Assembly (NCBI GenBank): GCA_964583325.1
Contig: CAZOXJ010000003.1
Span: forward strand, 1 to 48,209
Reading direction: 5' to 3'
Origin: an uncultured Lentimicrobiaceae bacterium
GTDB lineage: Bacteria > Bacteroidota > Bacteroidia > Bacteroidales > UBA4417
DNA: 48,209 nt
Below, piece after piece: positions 26,827 to 33,943 of the stretch. Made by a program: the position numbers and the translations under genes. The notes under the pieces are model-generated. The model did not search any database. It was not told the DNA's origin and worked only from the letters and a program-made list of their open reading frames with translations. The number at the start of each line of letters is the position of its first letter. Within the stretch, counting starts at the first letter, position 1.

Positions 26827-27309
26827 TTAACTATTACCAAGATTGATTGAATAGTTATAAACAGCCTGGGGCTTAGGTTCCGGGCTGTTTGTTTTTTCAG
26901 GAACCGGAGTTGTGTAATTGAGTTGTACTCCAGGTTTATCAATATTTTCAGGTTTAACAATATTTTCAGCAGGTTTGGGTAACTGGAAATGAATTCGTGT
27001 TTTCATTTCCGCTTTCATTTTTACACCACGATTCCTGGCTGGTTCGTACTTCATCAACCTGATAACGCGAATAGCCTCCTCATCACAACCATACCCGATT
27101 CCCCTGGTGACTTCCACATCAACTATTTCGCCGATATTATTAACAGTGTAACGCACAAAAACAAGACCTTCAACCTTATTGGCAATAGCTTGTTCAGGAT
27201 ATACAATGTTTTCACTGACAAATTTAAGGTAAGCATCTTTACCTCCCGGGAAAGTAGGGATTTTCAGAAAATTCTTCCTTTTCGGATTTTTGGGATCGTT
27301 GTGTTTCAC
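26827..27309 (-). CDS. TonB C-terminal-domain protein (energy transducer TonB family, short form)
   Basis: 'FPGGKDAYLKFVSENIVYPEQAIANKVEGLVFVRYTVNNIGEIVDVEVTRGIGYGCDEEAIRVIRLM' is a typical TonB_C fold sequence, followed by a Pro-rich C-terminal tail. There is no obvious N-terminal TM helix, and the apparent start is GTG. Confidence 0.7.
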   Translation of the reverse strand: MKHNDPKNPKRKNFLKIPTFPGGKDAYLKFVSENIVYPEQAIANKVEGLVFVRYTVNNIGEIVDVEVTRGIGYGCDEEAIRVIRLMKYEPARNRGVKMKAEMKTRIHFQLPKPAENIVKPENIDKPGVQLNYTTPVPEKTNSPEPKPQAVYNYSINLGNS

Positions 27310-27475
27310 TCTACAAAATTAGCAAATTTTACTGTAGGATAGTATCTGCAGCAATTTCATTAAAATGTTTCTATATTACACGTGTAACAATTTGATTTCC
27401 TGTAATATCTAATTTCAAGCCAAATGATATTTACTGTTCATACCGAGTGATCCTCAATATATATTCAAATAATGT

Positions 27476-27483
27476 TAAATTTG
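27476..27483 (+). promoter_or_regulatory. Candidate -7 box (TAaaTTTG) upstream of the first etfB
   Basis: Exact TAnnTTTG match. It would give a ~120-nt leader before the ATG at 27609. Confidence 0.35.
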
Positions 27484-27608
27484 TCAACGCAAAAATAAAT
27501 TGGTAAATTAATAACGTATGGGATTCAGTTTGGTTTGTGTTTGAAAATCAATCAGATATAAATTAACCGACACAACTTTTTCCTGAGATATCAAAAAAAC
27601 TAATACCT

Positions 27609-28358
27609 ATGAAAATCCTGGTTTGTATCAGCAATGTGCCTGATACCACAACAAAAGTTAAATTCGTTGACGATTCGAAAAAGCTCGATGTAAATGGTAT
27701 TCAATGGGTTATAAATCCATGGGATGAACTCGCTCTTACAAGGGCACTCGAACTGAAAGATGATGCAGCTAATGGAATACAAACTGTTACGGTTGCCCAT
27801 GTAGGACCGGTAACTTCAGAGCCAACTATTCGGAAAGCACTGGCTATTGGCGCTGATGATGCAATACGGGTCAATACCGAAGCCGGTGAAGCATACACAA
27901 TAGCAGCACAATTGGCTGAGGCCATCCGAAACGAGAATTTCGATATCATTATGTGCGGGATCGAATCGAGTGATCATAATGGATCATCAGTAGGAGGGAT
28001 GCTGGCCGAATTCCTGGGATGCCCGTCAGTTACCGGTGTTTCTTCTGTTAAAATTGATGCTGGCCAAACTGTGATAACCCGTGAAATAGATGGGGGAAAA
28101 GAAATTCTTACAGTTCCATCGCCCTTTATAGCCGTTGTTCAGAAAGGTATTGCAAAAGAACCAAGGATTGCAGCCATGCGTGGAATTATGATGGCACGCA
28201 CCAAACCAATAAAAGTGATTGAACCGCAAACCATCGAAAGCCTTACCGAAGTCATCAGTTACGAAATGCCAAAACCCCGGGCAGCCTGCAAATATGTTGA
28301 AGCTGATAATGCTGGTCAACTTATTGGTTTATTGCAGAATGAAGCCAAGGTTTTTTAA
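27609..28358 (+). CDS. etfB: Electron transfer flavoprotein beta subunit (copy 1, lacks the DGDTAQVGP motif)
   Basis: 'MKILVCISNVPDTTTKVKF', 'INPWDELALTRALELK', 'IIMCGIESSDHNGSSVGGMLAEFLG'; 249 aa. Confidence 0.9.
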   Translation: MKILVCISNVPDTTTKVKFVDDSKKLDVNGIQWVINPWDELALTRALELKDDAANGIQTVTVAHVGPVTSEPTIRKALAIGADDAIRVNTEAGEAYTIAAQLAEAIRNENFDIIMCGIESSDHNGSSVGGMLAEFLGCPSVTGVSSVKIDAGQTVITREIDGGKEILTVPSPFIAVVQKGIAKEPRIAAMRGIMMARTKPIKVIEPQTIESLTEVISYEMPKPRAACKYVEADNAGQLIGLLQNEAKVF

Positions 28359-28397
28359 TTCATCAATTCATTAACATTGTAAAAAACGCATCATTAT

Positions 28398-29369
28398 ATG
28401 TCAGTATTAGTATTCCTCGAAAATTGGGATGGTAAGTTCAAGAAATTGTCATTCGAATTAGTTTCGTATGCATCCAAAGTGGCCGAAATGCTTGGCGATC
28501 AGGCAGTAGCACTTTCAATTGGTAAAGTTGATGCCTCCGAGCTCGAAAAATTGGCCACGTATGGCGCTTCAAAAGTGATCAGCCTGGAAAATGAATCGAT
28601 CAAAGCTTTTGATGATCAGGCTTATACAAGCATGATTGCAGAAGTAGCACAGAAAACAAGCGCAAAAGTCCTTGTTCTTTCGAATAACAATACAGGTAAA
28701 GCTCTTGCTCCACGACTTTCGGTCCGGCTGAAAGCAGGTGTTGCTTCAGGTGTTAGTAAGTTACCGCTAAGTGTTAATCCTTTTGTTGTTTATAAGAAAG
28801 TATATTCCGGCAAAGCGTTTGCCAATGTAGCCATTAAATCGGATATCAAAATTCTTACTCTGGCTCAAAACTCATTCGACCTGGTTGAATCTCCCAGAAC
28901 ATATACAGCCGAAAAAATGGATATTCTGCCCGACGGAAACCTTATGAAAACCCAGGTGAAAGATGTACAGAAACAATCGGGTAAAATTCTTATTACTGAC
29001 GCAGATATCGTTATTTCCGGTGGTCGGGGTATGAAATCGCCCGATAACTGGGGACCGCTGGTTGAACTGGCTGAACTGCTTGGCGCTGCAACTGCCTGTT
29101 CGCGCCCTGTTTCTGACGAAGGCTGGCGTTCGCATGATGAGCATACCGGGCAAACAGGTAAAATTATTGCCCCAAACCTTTATTTTGCAATTGGTATTTC
29201 GGGTGCAACACAACATCTGGCCGGTATCAGTTCATCGAAGTTTATCGTGGCAATCAATACAGATAAAGATGCCCCTATTTTTGAAGCTGCCCAGTATGGA
29301 ATTGTGGGCGATGCATTAAAAGTGCTTCCCAAACTGGTTGAAGCTGTTAAAGAAATGAAATCAAAATAA
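28398..29369 (+). CDS. etfA: Electron transfer flavoprotein alpha subunit (copy 1)
   Basis: FAD-binding C-terminal domain 'VISGGRGM', 'SRPVSDEGW', 'QTGKIIAPNLYFAIGISGATQHLAGI'; 323 aa. Confidence 0.9.
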   Translation: MSVLVFLENWDGKFKKLSFELVSYASKVAEMLGDQAVALSIGKVDASELEKLATYGASKVISLENESIKAFDDQAYTSMIAEVAQKTSAKVLVLSNNNTGKALAPRLSVRLKAGVASGVSKLPLSVNPFVVYKKVYSGKAFANVAIKSDIKILTLAQNSFDLVESPRTYTAEKMDILPDGNLMKTQVKDVQKQSGKILITDADIVISGGRGMKSPDNWGPLVELAELLGAATACSRPVSDEGWRSHDEHTGQTGKIIAPNLYFAIGISGATQHLAGISSSKFIVAINTDKDAPIFEAAQYGIVGDALKVLPKLVEAVKEMKSK

Positions 29370-29394
29370 ACCAGGTTATTAAATTCAGGCAAAT

Positions 29395-29440
29395 TGTCCT
29401 TAAAGTATTTATTGATTAAATTACTTTAAGGACATTTTTT
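29395..29440 (+). terminator. Terminator-like hairpin between etfA and the FeS oxidoreductase genes
   Basis: 13-bp perfect stem TGTCCTTAAAGTA / TACTTTAAGGACA, 14-nt loop, followed by TTTTTT. Confidence 0.6.
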
Positions 29441-29459
29441 GTTTGTAAATCAAGGGATT

Positions 29460-30779
29460 ATGATAAAACAAATAGTTTTTGCACTCACCATTCTGATCAC
29501 GTTGGGGATTTTTACTTTTACCATCCTGAGGCTTATCAGCTGGTTCAAATTCACCAAAGCCAATTTCCCGATCCGCGATTTCGGCAAGCGGTTTATGGTG
29601 ATGTTGGATGTTGCCATAGGGCAAACTAAAATATTCCGTAGGCCGGTGATTGGGTTTTTCCATGCACTTGTTTTCTGGGGATTCTGCGTTATTATTTTCG
29701 GAAGCATCGAAATGATAATCGATGGATTATTTGGTGTCGAACGGTCGCTGAAAGTTCTGGGTGGCTTTCATAATATTATTATGGCATCGGGTGATATTTT
29801 TGCACTGCTGGTTGCAGTTTCCATATTAATTTTCATGGTTCGCAGACTGTTTATGCACATCGGCCGTTTCGAAGGAATTGAAATGAAAAAGAAATCGCAC
29901 CAGGATGCCAACATCGCACTGACTATGATTTTGTTGCTTATGCTTTCGCTGATGGGAATGAATGCAGCTTATGTTCAGCTTCAGCTATCTGCCGGTGAAA
30001 CTATTCACGGAATTTATCCGGTAGGATCGTTGCTTGCACCTCTTTTTGCCGGATTATCGTTAAGCGGAGTGCATATTGCACACGAAATATTCTGGTGGGC
30101 GCATATACTTCTGATTTTTATTTTTGCCAACGTACTGCCGTATTCCAAGCATTTCCATGTATTTCTGTCTGTTCCCAATACATTCCTCACCCGCCTCGAA
30201 CCGCTCGGCAAACTCACCAACATGGATGATATTACACGTGAGGTTAAGCTAATGCTGGATCCAAACGCTACTTTCGACGCTCCAGCTTCGGATGCTCCGA
30301 TAAGCCGGTTTGGAGTTAAAGATGTGGAAGATGTATCGTGGAAAAACTATTTTGATTCGCTAACATGCACTGAATGTGGGCGATGCTCATCAGTGTGCCC
30401 GGCTAACACTACCGGAAAGCTTCTGTCGCCACGTAAAATATTTATGGATCTACGTGCACGAATGAAAGAAAAAGGCCCTGGAATGGTTAAATTGGGTAAA
30501 GATTTCAATGACAATAAATCATTACTTCGCGATTACATCTCGGAAGAAGAACTCTGGGCTTGCACTACCTGTAATGCATGTGCCCAGGAATGCCCGGTAA
30601 ACATCAATCATCCGACTTTAATTCTTGATATGCGGCGATATCTTGTCATGGAAGAAAGCTCTGCTCCAACAGGCCTTAAAACCATGTTCAGTAACATAGA
30701 GAACAATGGCGCTCCCTGGCAATACTCTTCAGAGGACAGGCTTCTGTGGGCTGAAAATCTTGAAATGAAAGTTTATTAG
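29460..30779 (+). CDS. Membrane-anchored iron-sulfur protein: polytopic N-terminal domain plus a 2x[4Fe-4S] ferredoxin domain (HdrD/DsrK/GlpC-related oxidoreductase, large subunit)
   Basis: Hydrophobic helices include 'IVFALTILITLGIFTFTIL', 'FHALVFWGFCVIIFGSI', 'IFALLVAVSILIFMV', 'IALTMILLLMLSLMGM' and 'FWWAHILLIFIFANVL'. Two CxxCxxCxxxCP motifs: 'CTECGRCSSVCP' and 'CTTCNACAQECP'. Start set at the ATG at 29460, because the TTG at 29439 lies in the terminator T-run. Confidence 0.85.
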   Translation: MIKQIVFALTILITLGIFTFTILRLISWFKFTKANFPIRDFGKRFMVMLDVAIGQTKIFRRPVIGFFHALVFWGFCVIIFGSIEMIIDGLFGVERSLKVLGGFHNIIMASGDIFALLVAVSILIFMVRRLFMHIGRFEGIEMKKKSHQDANIALTMILLLMLSLMGMNAAYVQLQLSAGETIHGIYPVGSLLAPLFAGLSLSGVHIAHEIFWWAHILLIFIFANVLPYSKHFHVFLSVPNTFLTRLEPLGKLTNMDDITREVKLMLDPNATFDAPASDAPISRFGVKDVEDVSWKNYFDSLTCTECGRCSSVCPANTTGKLLSPRKIFMDLRARMKEKGPGMVKLGKDFNDNKSLLRDYISEEELWACTTCNACAQECPVNINHPTLILDMRRYLVMEESSAPTGLKTMFSNIENNGAPWQYSSEDRLLWAENLEMKVY

Positions 30780-30786
30780 TTAATAA

Positions 30787-30913
30787 ACCACGAAGACACG
30801 GAGAACACAAAGAAACACGGAGTATAATTCCGGGAGATTGAAATATAAATTGATGTTTTTTAACAAAACAGCATTCCCTCCGTGTGCCTCAATGCCCTCA
30901 GTGTCTCTGTAGT
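30787..30913. repeat. Imperfect palindromic (MITE/REP-like) intergenic element with 36-nt arms built from ACACGGAG-type units
   Basis: Left arm is 30787-30822 (ACCACGAAGACACGGAGAACACAAAGAAACACGGAG). Right arm is 30878-30913 (CTCCGTGTGCCTCAATGCCCTCAGTGTCTCTGTAGT). By hand alignment 25 of 36 positions are complementary; the inner 8 bp (ACACGGAG/CTCCGTGT) and AGACAC/GTGTCT are perfect. The spacer is 55 nt. Only one copy occurs in this window. Confidence 0.6.
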
Positions 30914-30928
30914 AAAAAAGATAAAACA

Positions 30929-31720
30929 ATGGAAAACAAAAAGATAGAAATCCCTGTAATGGCCGATTTATATGCCAGGGGCGAAAAACCGGAATACTTA
31001 TTCTGGGTTGGCTGCGCTGGTGCATTCGACGACCGGTATAAAAAAGTTACCCGTGCATTTGCAAAAATTCTTACTCATTTAAATATAAGTTATGCCGTGC
31101 TTGGCAAAGAAGAATCCTGCACCGGCGATCCTGCCCGCAGAGCTGGTAATGAAATGTTATACCAGATGCAGGCGATGCAGAACATTGCTATACTTACTGG
31201 TTATGAAGTAAAGAAAATTATTACCATCTGTCCGCATTGCTTTAATATTTTCAAAAATGAATATCCTGATCTGGGAGGAACGTATGAAGTAATTAACTAC
31301 ATACAATTTCTGGATAAATACATCGAAAACGGAACCATAAAATTAGATGCTTCATTGCTCGGAAATACCAGGATAACCTATCACGATCCATGCTACCTGG
31401 GACGAGGAAACGATATATATGCCGAACCACGAAGCATACTGAACAAATTAACCACCGATTTCGTAGAACTGGAGCGTAATAAGAGTTTCTCTTATTGCTG
31501 TGGAGCCGGCGGAGCGCAGATGTTTAAAGAAGCAGAACCCGGCAAGAAAGAAGTTTTTATTGAACGAACTGAAGAAGTTTTACGAAGCGATGCCCGGATT
31601 GTAGCAACAGCTTGTCCGTTTTGTATGACCATGCTTACTGACGGATTAAAATATAAAAACCGGGAAGAAGTGAAAAACCTGGATATCGCTGAACTCATTG
31701 TTCAGGTTCTGGATTTATAG
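30929..31720 (+). CDS. Cysteine-rich CCG-domain protein (HdrD/GlpC/LutA-like, small subunit of the FeS oxidoreductase)
   Basis: 'FWVGCAGAFDDRY', 'ESCTGDPARRAGN', 'ICPHCFNIFK', then the second CCG domain 'HDPCYLGRG', 'SYCCGAGG', 'ACPFCMTML'. Start set at the ATG at 30929 (MENKKIEIP); the upstream 15 codons of the track ORF are read out of the repeat arm. Confidence 0.85.
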   Translation: MENKKIEIPVMADLYARGEKPEYLFWVGCAGAFDDRYKKVTRAFAKILTHLNISYAVLGKEESCTGDPARRAGNEMLYQMQAMQNIAILTGYEVKKIITICPHCFNIFKNEYPDLGGTYEVINYIQFLDKYIENGTIKLDASLLGNTRITYHDPCYLGRGNDIYAEPRSILNKLTTDFVELERNKSFSYCCGAGGAQMFKEAEPGKKEVFIERTEEVLRSDARIVATACPFCMTMLTDGLKYKNREEVKNLDIAELIVQVLDL

Positions 31721-31742
31721 ATAGAATTAAGATTTATCGGAG

Positions 31743-31792
31743 AATGGGAAATGGTGAGTGAGTTAACAGCACCATTTCCCATTAACTTTTTT
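31743..31792 (+). terminator. Rho-independent terminator after the CCG-domain gene
   Basis: 14-bp perfect stem AATGGGAAATGGTG / CACCATTTCCCATT, 13-nt loop, then aacTTTTTT. Confidence 0.8.
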
Positions 31793-31910
31793 ACCTGTTT
31801 ATAAAAATATAATCGATTCACAGCTAGATAGATATGCATATTCTTGAATATTTAAAACCTTGATTCAGCCTGCATTACAGCATTTTTTTTGCAGATTTGA
31901 CCTAAAAGTG

Positions 31911-31918
31911 TAATTTTG
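31911..31918 (+). promoter_or_regulatory. Candidate -7 box (TAatTTTG) with TTTG 19 nt upstream, for the second etf operon
   Basis: TAATTTTG at 31911-31918 and TTTG at 31888-31891. The ~70-nt leader contains the palindrome TTCCCGGGAA (about 31953-31962). The ATG is at 31994. Confidence 0.45.
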
Positions 31919-31993
31919 CGACCCTGATTTCTCATCTCATCGCTCTGATGTCATTCCCGGGAAATTTCTAAGTCATAACCTGATTTACCATTT

Positions 31994-32866
31994 ATGCGTT
32001 TTAGAATAATTGTGCTAGCCAAGCAGGTTCCTGATACACGGAACGTTGGAAAAGATGCCATGAAAGCAGATGGCACTGTTAACCGGGCGGCTCTGCCTGC
32101 CATTTTTAATCCCGAAGATTTACATGCCCTTGAACAGGCTCTGAGCATCAAAGATAAAATTCCTGAAGCTGAAGTTATTGTTCTGACTATGGGACCATTC
32201 CGGGCTGCTGAAATCATTCGTGAAGCTATGTACCGCGGTGCCGACAGAGGTTACCTGATTACCGATCGTAAATTTGCCGGATCAGATACGCTTGCAACTT
32301 CTTATGCTCTATCGTTAGCCGTTAAAAAACTGGCTCCTTACCACCTGGTGATTTCAGGTCGCCAGGCGATTGATGGTGATACTGCACAGGTTGGCCCGCA
32401 AACTGCTGAAAAGCTGGGTATTCCGCAAATCACTTATGCAGAAGAAATACTCTCCGTTGATGCAAAAAAGATTATCATAAAACGTAGGCTCGAAAGGGGA
32501 GTAGAAGTTGTTAATTCGACTCTACCAGCTGCCATAACAGTTCATAGCTCAGCACCTGTTTGCCGTCAGCGCGTTGGTAAACTCCTTATGAAATACAAAC
32601 ATGCCCGCACTGTAACGGAACTTCAGAACGAAACTAAGGATTACACCGAATTATACAGCGACCGGCCATACCTGCTGATCGACGAATGGACAGCTGACGA
32701 TTTGAAAGCTGAACCCGAAATGCTTGGTCTTTCAGGCTCGCCTACCAAAGTAAAAAAAATCGAGAACGTTGTTTTTCAGCATAAAGATTCCACAGTACTT
32801 GGCAATTCCGACAAGGAAATTGAAGGTCTGATGCAGAATCTGATCAACAGCCATGTTATCGGGTAA
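31994..32866 (+). CDS. etfB: Electron transfer flavoprotein beta subunit (copy 2, FixA/bifurcating-type signature)
   Basis: 'IVLAKQVPDTRNV', 'VNRAALPAIFNPEDLHALEQAL', and 'SGRQAIDGDTAQVGPQTAEKLGIPQITY'; 290 aa. Confidence 0.9.
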   Translation: MRFRIIVLAKQVPDTRNVGKDAMKADGTVNRAALPAIFNPEDLHALEQALSIKDKIPEAEVIVLTMGPFRAAEIIREAMYRGADRGYLITDRKFAGSDTLATSYALSLAVKKLAPYHLVISGRQAIDGDTAQVGPQTAEKLGIPQITYAEEILSVDAKKIIIKRRLERGVEVVNSTLPAAITVHSSAPVCRQRVGKLLMKYKHARTVTELQNETKDYTELYSDRPYLLIDEWTADDLKAEPEMLGLSGSPTKVKKIENVVFQHKDSTVLGNSDKEIEGLMQNLINSHVIG

Positions 32867-32906
32867 TCTAAAAAAAATTAAAATCACTGACTAATACTAT
32901 AAGCAC

Positions 32907-33929
32907 GTGAACAACATATTTGTTTATTGCGAAGTTACCGACGAAGGACTGATTGCAGACGTTAGTCTCGAACTCCTTTCGAAAGGGAAAAAACTCGCAA
33001 ATGACCTAAAAGTGAAACTGGAAGCAGTTGTAATCGGTTATAAGGTTAAGAACCTCGAAACACAGCTGTATCCATTTGGCGTTGATGTAATTCATTACGC
33101 TGACGAGGAAAGGCTATTCCCATATACCACGCTGCCTCATGCATCCATCATTCTCGATCTTTTTAAGAAAGAGAAACCTGAAATTGCAATTTTCGGCGCA
33201 ACCAGCATTGGCCGCGATTTAGCCCCGCGCGTGGCTTCGGCGCTTCGTTGCGGGTTAACTGCCGACTGTACCAGCCTCGAAATTGGCGACCACTTTGAAA
33301 ACAAGTCCCAAACCGAGTACAAAAACCTTCTGTACCAGATACGGCCAGCCTTTGGTGGTAACATAATAGCTACAATTATTAATCCCGAAACCAGGCCACA
33401 AATGGCTACTGTAAGGGAAGGTGTGATGAAAAAGGAAATTTTTTCCAATAAATTTAAAGGAAAGCTCGTAAAAATTGATGCAAAAAGTATCCTTAAGGAT
33501 GATGATTTTGCAGTTACAATTATTGAGCGCCATATGGAAAAAAGCAAAATCGATATCAAAAACTCACAGGTTATCATCTCAGGTGGGTATGGTGTCGGAT
33601 CAAAAGAAAATTTTAACCTTCTTTTTGATCTTGCCGACATTCTTGGTGCACAGGTTGGCGCATCACGCGCTGCCGTAGATGCAGGATTTGTTGAGCACGA
33701 ACGACAGGTTGGTCAAACTGGTGTTACCGTAAGGCCTAAACTTTACATTGCCTGTGGTATTTCCGGAGCAGTGCAGCATAGGGCAGGCATGGATCAATCC
33801 GCTCAGATCATTTCGATCAATACTGATGTTCATGCTCCTATCAATAATATCGCAGATTATACTATCATTGGAAGTGTTGCAGATGTAATTCCGAAAATGA
33901 TCAAATATTACAAGAAAAACTCGAAGTAA
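32907..33929 (+). CDS. etfA: Electron transfer flavoprotein alpha subunit (copy 2, FixB type)
   Basis: 'IISGGYGVGS', 'ASRAAVDAGF', 'QVGQTGVTVRPKLYIACGISGAVQHRAGM'; 340 aa; apparent GTG start. Confidence 0.9.
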   Translation: MNNIFVYCEVTDEGLIADVSLELLSKGKKLANDLKVKLEAVVIGYKVKNLETQLYPFGVDVIHYADEERLFPYTTLPHASIILDLFKKEKPEIAIFGATSIGRDLAPRVASALRCGLTADCTSLEIGDHFENKSQTEYKNLLYQIRPAFGGNIIATIINPETRPQMATVREGVMKKEIFSNKFKGKLVKIDAKSILKDDDFAVTIIERHMEKSKIDIKNSQVIISGGYGVGSKENFNLLFDLADILGAQVGASRAAVDAGFVEHERQVGQTGVTVRPKLYIACGISGAVQHRAGMDQSAQIISINTDVHAPINNIADYTIIGSVADVIPKMIKYYKKNSK

Positions 33930-33943
33930 ATTAACTGACCATC

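Noticed and set aside
27314-27321. Minus-strand TAatTTTG box 4 nt upstream of the GTG start of the TonB-domain gene, implying a leaderless GTG-initiated mRNA.
   Set aside because: Leaderless initiation normally needs AUG. The start codon and the promoter for this gene are both uncertain, so I did not list the box as a feature.
30780-31025. 81-aa minus-strand ORF, and the 15-codon N-terminal extension (MPQCPQCLCSKKDKT, 30884-30928) of the CCG-domain ORF.
   Set aside because: Both are read out of the arms of the palindromic element, which produces low-complexity Cys/Val/Phe/Leu strings. They overlap a well-supported gene or the repeat and show no independent coding evidence.
29460-31720. Possibility that the FeS/CCG oxidoreductase is a single gene disrupted (pseudogenised) by the palindromic insertion.
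   Set aside because: Both parts are intact ORFs with complete domain sets. The second has a clean ATG (MENKKIEIP...) just before the conserved 'EYLFWVGCAGAFDD' region. I recall two-gene versions of this enzyme being common in Bacteroidota. I therefore treat it as a native two-subunit enzyme and keep the alternative only as a note in the repeat finding.
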